Below, piece by piece: positions 19,289 to 28,018 of a stretch of DNA of 64,000 nt; positions within the stretch are counted from its first letter, which is position 1; the number at the start of each line of letters is the position of its first letter. Position numbers and translations under genes: made by a program. The notes under the pieces were generated by a model. The model saw nothing but the letters and a program-made list of their open reading frames with translations. It did not search any database and was not told the origin of the DNA. Origin of the DNA: a virus (Duplodnaviria > Caudoviricetes); the IMG/VR virus record IMGVR_UViG_3300047564_001818. One strand, 5' to 3'.

Positions 19289-19912
19289 TTATTGGAGTTT
19301 GCTGATTATGTTAATCAGCGATTCCTTTAGATACTTTTGTGCCTTTTCGTCGTGTCTTGTTGCCTGTGCTAGTTCGTATGCCTTGTAACCTCCGCGGGCA
19401 TTCATTAGATGCTCGTAGATTGGTGTTGGGTATGCACCTGGGGCGCTAGGCTGTGCTACAACGTCCACGGTGATGATTTCAAAATCAGAGACGGTGTTTG
19501 AACCGTCTTCTGATACATTGCCGCTACCTCTCGATGAGACACCTAGTTTAACGCCAGCTTCAAGCATGGTTTTAACTAGTTGCCCCATCGGTGTTGGTAG
19601 GATTTTTAGTTTTCCGTAACCATTTGGACCATCCATCCACATTTCATTAATCATGTGGCTAACTCTGTCCAAGTTTATATTAAGGCCTTCTGGATGATCC
19701 ACTTCTCCGAGAACACTATATCCTCCAGTTATTTGATCATTGAGAGTTTTGACAGCCCTGCCTATTTCATTTACAGGATACACTCGCTGATTAGCGTTGC
19801 GAACGCCGCCTTGAATGCAAATACCTTTCATAAAAAGGTCTTTGCCTTCGTTAACGTTTTCGACAACTATCCTAGCTTGGTCGAATGTCAAATGCTCTCG
19901 TAAGTTTCTCAT
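19289..19912 (-). CDS. gp21: Prohead protease, gp21-like
   Basis: GICIQ...NANQRVYP, LGEVDHP, RVSHMI, GVSSRGSG, DVVAQPSAPGA motifs. Confidence 0.95.
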   Translation of the reverse strand: MRNLREHLTFDQARIVVENVNEGKDLFMKGICIQGGVRNANQRVYPVNEIGRAVKTLNDQITGGYSVLGEVDHPEGLNINLDRVSHMINEMWMDGPNGYGKLKILPTPMGQLVKTMLEAGVKLGVSSRGSGNVSEDGSNTVSDFEIITVDVVAQPSAPGAYPTPIYEHLMNARGGYKAYELAQATRHDEKAQKYLKESLINIISKLQ

Positions 19913-19933
19913 TCAAACTTCCTTAATCTTGCC

Positions 19934-20947
19934 TTACTTTGCGCGGCTGCTTAACTTGTTAAGTGTGCTAGTTGCGCCTTTATCGGCAGTGTCTGGCTTG
20001 CCCTTTTTCTCAGCGCCGTGGCCAGGTTGAGCAGTCATTTTAGTGGCTGCTTTTGCTCCAGGAACGTTTACGTTCTTGGTATTCATATCTTTTGTTGTTG
20101 GTGCAGCTAGACCGCCTTTAGTGCCTGCTGATTTGCTTTCGCCACCTTTTGCAATGTTAGCACTTGTGCCGCCCATGTTGTTTGGCTTTGCTACTGCTGA
20201 CTTAGTGTTTACTCCGTTGTCGCCGCCGATCTTTGAACCTAGATCACCACCGTTAACTTTTTCAACATACTCACGCATTTGCTCAGAAGCTGACTTCTTG
20301 TCTTTTTTGTCATCCTTCTTCATCATCTTTTTTGCTTCTTCTAGATCGTCGTCAGCTTCAAACGCAAAAGATTCTTTTTCTTCTTCGTCGTCTTCACCTT
20401 CTTCGTCTTCTTCGTCTTCTTCGTCGTCACCTTCGTCGTCCATGTCCATATCCATGTCCATGTCGTCGCCTTCGTCGTCGCCGCCCATTAGCTTTTCAAA
20501 CTCTGCTTTTAGGTCTTCTAGTGCGTCTTCTAGATCATCTAAACGACCTTCAGTGTCGCCGCCTTCGTCGCCCATGTCCATATCCATATCTATGTCATCG
20601 CCGCCTTCGTCGTCCATGCCAAGGTCTGCCATCATGTCGTCAGTTGGGTCGCCGCCCATGTCCATTGGATCTGCTTCTACTTCAAACTCATCAAGGTCGA
20701 AGCCTTCGTCTAGATCGTCGTCTGACTCATCTACTTCTTCGTCGTCTGACTCGTCTAGGTCGTCGTCTGACTCATCCACTTCTTCGTCGTCTGCTTCGTC
20801 TACTTCTTGATCTTCGTCTTCTAGAAGTGACTCGTAAATATCACGTGACTTTTCTACTACGATTTCGTGGAAAAGTTCTTCTGCTGCTGCTCTGTCTTCG
20901 TTGATAAGAAGCTCTAGCATTTTTTCAAATTTGCTTAGATCTGCCAT
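19934..20947 (-). CDS. Highly acidic prohead core/internal protein (gp67/gp68-position analogue)
   Basis: Very D/E-rich N-terminal two-thirds and basic C-terminus; located between portal and protease. Confidence 0.65.
   Translation of the reverse strand: MADLSKFEKMLELLINEDRAAAEELFHEIVVEKSRDIYESLLEDEDQEVDEADDEEVDESDDDLDESDDEEVDESDDDLDEGFDLDEFEVEADPMDMGGDPTDDMMADLGMDDEGGDDIDMDMDMGDEGGDTEGRLDDLEDALEDLKAEFEKLMGGDDEGDDMDMDMDMDDEGDDEEDEEDEEGEDDEEEKESFAFEADDDLEEAKKMMKKDDKKDKKSASEQMREYVEKVNGGDLGSKIGGDNGVNTKSAVAKPNNMGGTSANIAKGGESKSAGTKGGLAAPTTKDMNTKNVNVPGAKAATKMTAQPGHGAEKKGKPDTADKGATSTLNKLSSRAK
20706..20795. repeat. Tandem 45-bp duplication (2 copies, 41/45 identical) encoding acidic EEVDESDDDLDE-type repeats
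   Basis: Direct comparison of 20706-20750 with 20751-20795. Confidence 0.85.
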
Positions 20948-21065
20948 TTCAAACTCCTATAAATGTTGATCGCACTGGTTCAGTGCGGGGCTGTCATATT
21001 ATATTTAACATTTATATGAAAAAGTGCGCAGAAATAGGCTCAAAACGAGACTATTTTGCTTTACA

Positions 21066-21659
21066 TTAGGTTATCCTGAAGTTTTTTTTGAATTCTTCGA
21101 TGGATATATGTGTTAAGTTTGGTAGTTTACTCAGTTCATTTGGGACAAATACATTTTCTCCCAACACTCGTATATATCTCTTTTTTGAAAACTTTTGAAC
21201 TGTAGTTGTAGTTTGTTTAAGCCAATTTCCAAAGTATGTGGCTCTTTCGTTACTGCGTTTATAGTTGAACGTGTCGGCATATACATTGTTTACGTATTCG
21301 CCGTTTACACCTAGACCTTTGTAATCAAATCCTAATATATAGATTTCGTCACTACCGTGATCACTGGCCATATGCAATGCTGTTGGACCTGAACTCCATC
21401 CTTTTGATGGAGTAAAGAAATTAAAACCTGACATTTTGCTGAATGCTTTGTTAGGATTAGTCCATACTGAACATCTATGCTGTACTGACTCTTTGTTCAG
21501 TTCAATGATCATTTTAGTATCAACTGCTACAAGATAGTCAGGCAAAAACTCTCTGTATATAGCATTACACCCATATACAGATCCATACTGTTTTAGTTCA
21601 CTGAGATTTATAGATTTACGACTGGTACCATTACCTAGTACAAATGCTACTTTCTTCAA
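21066..21659 (-). CDS. Glycosyltransferase-like protein (DUF115/MAF-sialyltransferase-like Rossmann fold)
   Basis: AFVLGNGTSR, YGCNAIYR...PDYLVAVD, WSSGPTALHMA, IYILGFDY motifs. Confidence 0.6.
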   Translation of the reverse strand: MKKVAFVLGNGTSRKSINLSELKQYGSVYGCNAIYREFLPDYLVAVDTKMIIELNKESVQHRCSVWTNPNKAFSKMSGFNFFTPSKGWSSGPTALHMASDHGSDEIYILGFDYKGLGVNGEYVNNVYADTFNYKRSNERATYFGNWLKQTTTTVQKFSKKRYIRVLGENVFVPNELSKLPNLTHISIEEFKKNFRIT

Positions 21660-21662
21660 ACA

Positions 21663-21911
21663 TTAAACTCCGCCAGTTTCTGCGTTAGCTGCTAAGCCAT
21701 ACATCTGCTTAATAAAGTCAAGCTCTTTACGCTTTTCTTCTGTATGTAGCTCGCTAGCTTTTCGAATTCTATTGATCTGGCGAAGTGTTAATCTTGTTTT
21801 GCGTGTATCTTTTTTCTCAACTGGTGAGTCATCATACTCTTCCTCGTAGCGTTTATCTTCTACGGGTTCTACAGTTTCTCTATCAAAATAAAATAATTCA
21901 CGCAGTATCAT
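21663..21911 (-). CDS. Small conserved head-operon protein (82 aa)
   Basis: DTRKTRLTLRQINRIRK...FIKQMYG; preceded by a perfect TATAAATA. Confidence 0.75.
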   Translation of the reverse strand: MILRELFYFDRETVEPVEDKRYEEEYDDSPVEKKDTRKTRLTLRQINRIRKASELHTEEKRKELDFIKQMYGLAANAETGGV

Positions 21912-21916
21912 ATTAT

Positions 21917-21924
21917 TATTTATA
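21917..21924 (-). promoter_or_regulatory. Perfect T4-type late promoter TATAAATA
   Basis: Overlaps the portal stop codon; only 5 nt separate it from ATG 21911 (near-leaderless mRNA). Confidence 0.7.
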
Positions 21925-23677
21925 CCGTTTGGTTAGTTGTTGGCGGAGGCGAACCTAAGTCTTGTCCTGTAGCAGTTTCAGGACCTGCGCCTTCGCCTCC
22001 ATCTACTGGTGGCGGCTCTTCTCCAGTTTCATCTTCTAGTCCGCCAAGATCAGCATCTATGCCAGCACCGCTAATGCCAGCATCTCTCATTTCAGCACTA
22101 GCATCGCCTGGTGTAGGATCAAGATTTTCTTCGTTTTCTTCTCTCCACAAGCGTTCGTTTTCTGCTATCTCTTCTTCGGTCATGCCTAGGAATCGTTTCA
22201 TTGCAAAACGATTTGAGATATAGGGTATTTGACTCATTTGAGTATATGTTGGAACTCTAGCGTTGTCAATTTCTGATTGACGATAAGCAGCAAAGTTTTG
22301 TGGTGGTTGGAATTTGAGATCAAACATACTTGTGTCTATGTTAATGCCTTTTTCTAACATATAACGTTTGAACTCTTGATCAAACTCTTCTACTATTAGG
22401 TTTTGCAGACGTTCACAATAGGTGTTAAAACGAAGTTCTTGTATGTAGGCTGTGCCCACACGTCCGTCATTATATTGAGCAGCTGAGTCATCTGCCCCAG
22501 TTGGTAGGTACGAACTTGGGATACGCAATCCGCGTACCAGCTTATTAGTGAAGTATCGTAGATCATCAATCTCTCCTAGGTTAGTACCGCCTGGCAGTGT
22601 TTCAACTTTTGATCCACGTCCTTCTGCTGTTTGTGGGAAGAAGTAGTCTTCGTTAATACTCAACGGATTGTAGCTGCTGTCAATAACATTTTGGCCGCCG
22701 CCTGTCGAACTAGGAATACGTCTTTGATGTATTTCATTTTTAACACGCTCAACAAACGCCATAGCAAGGTGACTAGGCATGTTACCCACATCAACATAGA
22801 ACACACGTCTTTCAGGAGCACGTTGCACACGATAGATAATAATAGCATCTTCAAGCAGTTCTTTTTGTTTGTAAACTTTGAAGATAGTTTCTAATAAGCT
22901 GTTGCCAAATGGAAAGTTGTTGTCTAAGCCTTCTGAGAGACTGAGGTGTACCATATGTTTGGCTTCGATGGCCCATTCATTTTGATCAGTTTGGAAACGA
23001 CTTCCACTCATGCTTGACTGTGGTTGTCCTACCATACCTCTAGCATTGCCTACAGGTTGATATTGACTTCCTCCAGTGCCACCAGTTATAGTGCCGCTTA
23101 CTTGGAATGGAGTTGTAGCAACACCTTCAACAAAGTTAAAGTTTATATTTTTGACCATATACTGTTCAGGAACTTTGCCTTCTGATTCATTAACAATAAT
23201 ACGAGTAACGTTAGCAGGATCAACATGGAACCAACGCTTAGTTTCTGGATCACGAAGGAAGAACTGATCGCCAAACTTAAAAACATTTCTTAGTATTTTA
23301 AATATTCTTGTTTCAAACTCTTGCAGCTTGCACCACTGTTGTAGATACTTCTGAATGATTGTAACTTCTGAGTTTGTGGCCTGTTGTTTGTATTCTACAA
23401 TAAACGGAGTATTGTTTTGTTTGTTTTTTTGAGTTGTAAACTCTGCTAGAATATCAAGCGCAGCATTAACTTCACTGTCTAAGTCCATAGTATTATATTG
23501 ACCATAGCGTTCAACTCTGTTGGGAGATCCAACATACACATCAGGTAGATAGCTTGAATAGTTAGAGCGAGCAGGGCCTGCCATGCCTCCGCCATTTCTT
23601 AGATTAGTAAAAGGGCTATAACTACCGTTTGGGTTATTTGCTGTAGGCACGGGGGTAAAATACTTTTTCCAGCTCAT
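21920..23677 (-). CDS. gp20: Portal protein, T4 gp20 family
   Basis: LLEDAIIIYRVQRAPERRVFYVDVGNMP, EDYFFPQ..EGRGSKVETLPGG..LGEIDDLRYF, LRIPSSYL motifs. Confidence 0.97.
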   Translation of the reverse strand: MSWKKYFTPVPTANNPNGSYSPFTNLRNGGGMAGPARSNYSSYLPDVYVGSPNRVERYGQYNTMDLDSEVNAALDILAEFTTQKNKQNNTPFIVEYKQQATNSEVTIIQKYLQQWCKLQEFETRIFKILRNVFKFGDQFFLRDPETKRWFHVDPANVTRIIVNESEGKVPEQYMVKNINFNFVEGVATTPFQVSGTITGGTGGSQYQPVGNARGMVGQPQSSMSGSRFQTDQNEWAIEAKHMVHLSLSEGLDNNFPFGNSLLETIFKVYKQKELLEDAIIIYRVQRAPERRVFYVDVGNMPSHLAMAFVERVKNEIHQRRIPSSTGGGQNVIDSSYNPLSINEDYFFPQTAEGRGSKVETLPGGTNLGEIDDLRYFTNKLVRGLRIPSSYLPTGADDSAAQYNDGRVGTAYIQELRFNTYCERLQNLIVEEFDQEFKRYMLEKGINIDTSMFDLKFQPPQNFAAYRQSEIDNARVPTYTQMSQIPYISNRFAMKRFLGMTEEEIAENERLWREENEENLDPTPGDASAEMRDAGISGAGIDADLGGLEDETGEEPPPVDGGEGAGPETATGQDLGSPPPTTNQTV

Positions 23678-23690
23678 CTATATTCTCCTA

Positions 23691-26207
23691 TCAACGAACA
23701 GCACTGATTCTGCCATTTGCAATGTTGCTGCCCATTGATCTTGTGTTACGCTCTATGTTACCTGAGTCTTCGGCCATCTCTTGCATTACTTCTAATACTT
23801 GGCTCATAAGTTTATTTAACTGTTTAATGGTTTCCTGAGAGCTCTGATTGGTTGTGTTAATACTTTTTACAAGTTCTGTTTTCATGTCTTGTATGTTTTC
23901 TGAAAGAATAGCAATGTTGTCTATTTCTATTTTTGGTATTTCGTTAGTTGGAGTTGATCTCATATTATCAAACATATTTTTTTGAAAATCGACTGGTATA
24001 CTTCTGCCGTTAGGTAATGGAACAACAGCTTCAGTGCCATGTAACTGCATTGGGTATCCGCTAGTAGGACCTGTTGCAATACCTCCAGTAGCCATGCCAC
24101 CGTATCCAGCAAATTCATTTGCTGCGTTTGCATTTAACTCACGTTCTTCAACAGTTTCATCGCTGCGCATCCAGTCTGGTAAAAATGATCCAACGTCAGG
24201 CAGTTCAAAATCAAATGCACTAGTTACTTTGTTCCATAAATCGTCAAATATTTTAGAAAAACTAAAATTACTAAACCGATCACTTATATCTGAAAATACT
24301 CCGGTTACTGAGTTCCAAGCGTCGGATATCCATTCTTCAATTTGAGCAAGACCAAAATATGTAGCTATTCCTGCGAATGCTGCTATTACTGGTGCTACAA
24401 TTAATGCTCCAATGCCAACAAATGGCGCTGCTAATAAAACTCCAACACCTACTAGTGCCCCTGTTAAAATTTTACCCCAATTTTCATCAAACCAAGTTGT
24501 AATGCCTCCTCCTATAGCACCAAAAGCACTACCTAATATATCTGTAAACATTGTTGTAAGCTGCGGTGCAACACTAGTAAATGCACTAGATATTACGCCG
24601 CCTTCGCCAAATAAATCTGCAAACAGTCCATCTATTTCTACTGTTTGAGGTCCTCCTGTCCGAGTTTCTATAGTTTCAGTTCCGCCAAACAGTGCTGTAT
24701 CTAAACCAAAATTTCTAAAATTATCAATAAAAGATTTTATTGTTCCTATAAAATCTTTAAATGCGTTTTTAAAGTCTTCACTTTTTATAAGGTCAGCAAC
24801 ACTTGCAACAGCACCAGCTAGATCTTCAAATAATCCACTATCTAATATAGCAGAAGCGATAGTTGCTCTCATTTCTTTGATAGCATCGTCAAAAGTAGTT
24901 AAAGTTCCTGTAATTTCTTCTCGTCTAGCTTGTTCTGCTATTGCTGCATCATATTCAGCAGTTCCGACTTCCATTAGTCTTGTAGCACTATCAAGTATGC
25001 TAGCTAGCACTGGATTGCTTTGTCTTAGTGCAGCAATATAAATAGCTCTCTGCTCACCTTCTAATCCAGCAAACCCTTCTATATTATGACCAGCAGCTTG
25101 TAGCGCATCTAATATTACTTGAGGATCAGCACCAGCAGCAACTTGACGCATAGCTTCCATTATTTCTGGACCAGCGGCAGTAAGTACCATAATACCTTCT
25201 TCAGTCTGAGGTAATCCATCAGCTAGATCTTTTAGTCCAGCTGCTACGTCTGCAGGTAGTGTATCAATTAAAGCCATACTAGCACGGAAGTTTTCTAGAC
25301 TGTCTCCTGTTAATTGATTTGCTAAAGCACGAAATCCTGCATCCTGTGCTTGTGCGGCCATTGATGCTTCTAATTCTTTTCTACTTTTACCAGTAACCTT
25401 AGCAAGTCTATCTAGTTGAACTAGGTAATTTGTAGAGCCCTGAGCCAATTGACCTACACTCATATTTTGCAAGCGACCCATTCTTGATTGAAGTGCAGCA
25501 TAGTTAGCAATGCCTTCATTAACTTCTTCTATTGTAAATCCAAGATTTTTTAGAAAACTAAAATTACCAGTAGCCTTTACAGCTCTATTAATTGCTGTAA
25601 ATCTATTAACGCCTTCAGTAACAGTGCCACCTAGCAAACGAAAATTTTCAGAATTATTTCTAACCAAATTTGACATTTCATCTAAATTTAATTCTAAACT
25701 AGCGGCTGTCATTCTCATTTCTGTAATACTGTTATTAAATCCTGCACCTACACTCGATAAATCTCTAAATGTACTGATACTATTGTCAAGCATCTGTGTA
25801 AATGGAGTTATTAAGCTACCTATTAAAGGTATATGTTGGGCAAAGTCTGAAAGCTGATCGCCGCCATCAAATAAGGCTTTAGTTAATCCAAGAACACTTT
25901 GACCGATACTTCCTATCAGTCCGCCTATTGCACCAAGCATTGCTTTTGAATACCTGTTGGTAGCGTCAGTGGCTTTCTTAGTGGCTTTGGTTTTTTCTTC
26001 TAGTGCATCTCTGTTTTTTGTAACAACAGTAATACCGTTTTTAACAGCATCGTTGTGTGCTTTTTGAACTTTGCCTGCTTCTTTTTTCGGATCTCGACCT
26101 GTTGAAGCTGCTAGTTTTTCGATTGCTCGTGTGAGACTGGCCAGTGTAGCTTCACTGGCTACACCGTTTTCACCGCCTACATTACTAATTTCTACTTCTT
26201 CGGCCAA
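23691..26207 (-). CDS. Tail tape measure protein (838 aa, TTG start)
   Basis: Long alpha-helical A/L-rich body, hydrophobic putative TM stretch ILTGALVGVGVLLAAPFVGIGALIVAPVIAAFAGIATYFG, and a C-terminal MATGGIATGP.SGY...LHGTEAVVPL motif typical of tape measures. Confidence 0.8.
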   Translation of the reverse strand: MAEEVEISNVGGENGVASEATLASLTRAIEKLAASTGRDPKKEAGKVQKAHNDAVKNGITVVTKNRDALEEKTKATKKATDATNRYSKAMLGAIGGLIGSIGQSVLGLTKALFDGGDQLSDFAQHIPLIGSLITPFTQMLDNSISTFRDLSSVGAGFNNSITEMRMTAASLELNLDEMSNLVRNNSENFRLLGGTVTEGVNRFTAINRAVKATGNFSFLKNLGFTIEEVNEGIANYAALQSRMGRLQNMSVGQLAQGSTNYLVQLDRLAKVTGKSRKELEASMAAQAQDAGFRALANQLTGDSLENFRASMALIDTLPADVAAGLKDLADGLPQTEEGIMVLTAAGPEIMEAMRQVAAGADPQVILDALQAAGHNIEGFAGLEGEQRAIYIAALRQSNPVLASILDSATRLMEVGTAEYDAAIAEQARREEITGTLTTFDDAIKEMRATIASAILDSGLFEDLAGAVASVADLIKSEDFKNAFKDFIGTIKSFIDNFRNFGLDTALFGGTETIETRTGGPQTVEIDGLFADLFGEGGVISSAFTSVAPQLTTMFTDILGSAFGAIGGGITTWFDENWGKILTGALVGVGVLLAAPFVGIGALIVAPVIAAFAGIATYFGLAQIEEWISDAWNSVTGVFSDISDRFSNFSFSKIFDDLWNKVTSAFDFELPDVGSFLPDWMRSDETVEERELNANAANEFAGYGGMATGGIATGPTSGYPMQLHGTEAVVPLPNGRSIPVDFQKNMFDNMRSTPTNEIPKIEIDNIAILSENIQDMKTELVKSINTTNQSSQETIKQLNKLMSQVLEVMQEMAEDSGNIERNTRSMGSNIANGRISAVR

Positions 26208-26234
26208 AGTTAAAGATCCAAGTTATATACGCAC

Positions 26235-26270
26235 ATAAATATTTTAGATACATACGTATAGTGTATTTAT
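26235..26270. promoter_or_regulatory. Face-to-face pair of late promoters (ATAAATA + at 26235-26241; ATAAATA - at 26264-26270)
   Basis: Both motifs lie in the 75-bp gap between the divergent tape-measure and gp26-like genes. Confidence 0.65.
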
Positions 26271-26282
26271 GCGGAGAACATT

Positions 26283-27152
26283 ATGGTAGATTTTAACCCA
26301 GACAACTACGAAGCCAATCCTCTGAAGAAGTATTTCAGACAACCTAAAGTCTATGTTACACTGCCTAGCAAGGGTAAGTTCTACCCACAGGGCGCAGTTG
26401 AAATGCCAGAAAACGGAGAACTGCCAATCTATCCTATGACTGCTAAAGACGAACTTACTATGAAAACTCCTGACGCACTGCTGAATGGACAAGCCACAGT
26501 GAGTGTTATTCAAAGCTGTGTGCCTGCTATTAAAAATGCTTGGGCTATGCCTAGCATTGATCTTGACGCACTGTTGATAGCTATTCGTATTGCTACCTAT
26601 GGCGATACTATGGAACTGTCTGTTAAGGTTCCAGGTATAGGCGAAGAAAGAAAATTTGATGTTGATCTGCGCAAGCTGTTAAACAAACTGGTCACAGTAG
26701 AATACGAATCAGAAATACAAATCAACAACATGACAGTAAGTGTACGTCCTTTAGTCTATAAAGAATTTACTGAAGCTAGTCTTAAAACATTTGAAGAACA
26801 GCGTATATTTGCATTGGTTAACAATGAAACTATATCAGAACAAGAAAAGCTAGCAAAGTTTAACGAAAGCTTTGCAAAGTTAACTGACTTAACAGTTAAG
26901 ACTATGAGTAAATGTGTTTCAAAAATTACTGTAAGCGATACAGTGGTTACTAATCAAAATCACATTGATGAGTTTATACAAAACGCTGACAAAGCTTTTT
27001 ATAAAGCTGTAGTTGAACATCTTGATCTACAAAAAGAAAAGTTTCAGATAGAACCTATTCAAGTACACAGCTCAGAAGAAGACATAGCCAAAGGTGCTCC
27101 TACAAATTGGACTGTGCCTATTACATTTGATCAGTCAAATTTTTTCGCATAA
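26283..27152 (+). CDS. gp26: Baseplate hub assembly protein / tail chaperone, gp26-like
   Basis: NPLKKYFRQPKVYVTLPSKG, PMTAKDEL.MKTPDALLNG, DLDALLIAIRIATYG motifs; ends ...FDQSNFFA. Confidence 0.8.
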   Translation: MVDFNPDNYEANPLKKYFRQPKVYVTLPSKGKFYPQGAVEMPENGELPIYPMTAKDELTMKTPDALLNGQATVSVIQSCVPAIKNAWAMPSIDLDALLIAIRIATYGDTMELSVKVPGIGEERKFDVDLRKLLNKLVTVEYESEIQINNMTVSVRPLVYKEFTEASLKTFEEQRIFALVNNETISEQEKLAKFNESFAKLTDLTVKTMSKCVSKITVSDTVVTNQNHIDEFIQNADKAFYKAVVEHLDLQKEKFQIEPIQVHSSEEDIAKGAPTNWTVPITFDQSNFFA

Positions 27153-27183
27153 GGATCTTGCCTCTAAGTGTAGGTGAGATCCT
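27140..27183 (+). promoter_or_regulatory. Predicted programmed -1 ribosomal frameshift signal
   Basis: In-frame heptamer T TTT TTC (27140-27146), 5-nt spacer, 12-bp stem AGGATCTTGCCT/AGGTGAGATCCT (27152-27183); the -1 frame is open and in frame with 27158-27376. Confidence 0.75.
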
Positions 27184-27376
27184 CGAAGAAGTAAAACGCT
27201 ACGAAGGTGAACAAAAGCAGTTTAAATCAGAACTGCTTAAGATCTGCTGGTACATGCGTGGCGGCGTTACTATTGAAGATGCTTATTCTCTATCATTTGA
27301 AGATAGACTGTTGATAGGCGATATAATCAAAGAGAACTTAGAAACTACGAAGAAAAGCGGAATGCCTTTCTTTTAA
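27158..27376 (+). CDS. gp51-like small ORF; probably expressed as the -1 frameshift extension of the gp26-like gene
   Basis: ICWYMRGGVT..DAYSLSFEDR..I pattern resembles gp51/tail-chaperone T-parts. The TTG start has AAGGA only 2 nt upstream and is buried in a hairpin. Confidence 0.65.
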   Translation: MPLSVGEILEEVKRYEGEQKQFKSELLKICWYMRGGVTIEDAYSLSFEDRLLIGDIIKENLETTKKSGMPFF

Positions 27377-27975
27377 CGACCTACTGCTCCGAACTGACTT
27401 AGTTTTTGATTTTTATCAAAGTTCTTGTCAACTGTTGTTGGTTCACGACTAGACTTAAATTGAGGTGCTGCTTTTTGTTTAGCACCTTTGCCAAGAGCAG
27501 CAATTAATCTATTTCTTTCTTTGGTTGACAGTTTAAGTGCAGCATTTTTAACTTGTGCATATTGACTAGACACCTTAGCATTGCCAGCACCAGTACTTGC
27601 AGGAGTCTGTGCAGGAGCAGGCTTAGCGCCCTTACCTCTCATAGCCTGCGTTGCCTTTGCCATAAAGATTTTATTGATTCTGTCAGTGGTCATAGGTTGT
27701 GCAGTATCTATATCACCGGTATCTACATTTTTGCTGTCAAGAAAGTCTATTACATCCTGTGTGTCTGCTTGTTTGTCAGTTTTGTTCTGAGTTCCAAGAA
27801 ATGTCATAAACTGATTGTAAAGATTGTTAGCTGTTGCTGCTAGATCTGCTTTACCAGCTAAGTTAGCAGCCGTAGATTTCATACCAGGAACTTTACCTAA
27901 AACTTTACTTCCGATACTTTGTGCTGCTTGTGCAAATCCACCTACAGGTGCTTCTGTTATCTCATTGATTTTCAT
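27373..27975 (-). CDS. Hypothetical protein (200 aa), candidate internal head protein with capsid-targeting N-terminus
   Basis: MKINEITE|AP start; own late promoter (28001-28007) and AAGGA SD. Confidence 0.65.
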   Translation of the reverse strand: MKINEITEAPVGGFAQAAQSIGSKVLGKVPGMKSTAANLAGKADLAATANNLYNQFMTFLGTQNKTDKQADTQDVIDFLDSKNVDTGDIDTAQPMTTDRINKIFMAKATQAMRGKGAKPAPAQTPASTGAGNAKVSSQYAQVKNAALKLSTKERNRLIAALGKGAKQKAAPQFKSSREPTTVDKNFDKNQKLSQFGAVGR

Positions 27976-28000
27976 TCAGAATGATCCTTACATGTTGCAG

Positions 28001-28007
28001 TATTTAT
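28001..28007 (-). promoter_or_regulatory. Late promoter motif ATAAATA
   Basis: 25 nt upstream of ATG 27975. Confidence 0.65.
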
Positions 28008-28018
28008 TTGACTTTATG

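Noticed and set aside
20043-20904. Long + strand ORFs (255 aa Ser-rich; 190 aa Arg/Leu-rich)
   Set aside because: Antisense shadows of the GAY/GAR-rich acidic core gene; low complexity, no SD or promoter.
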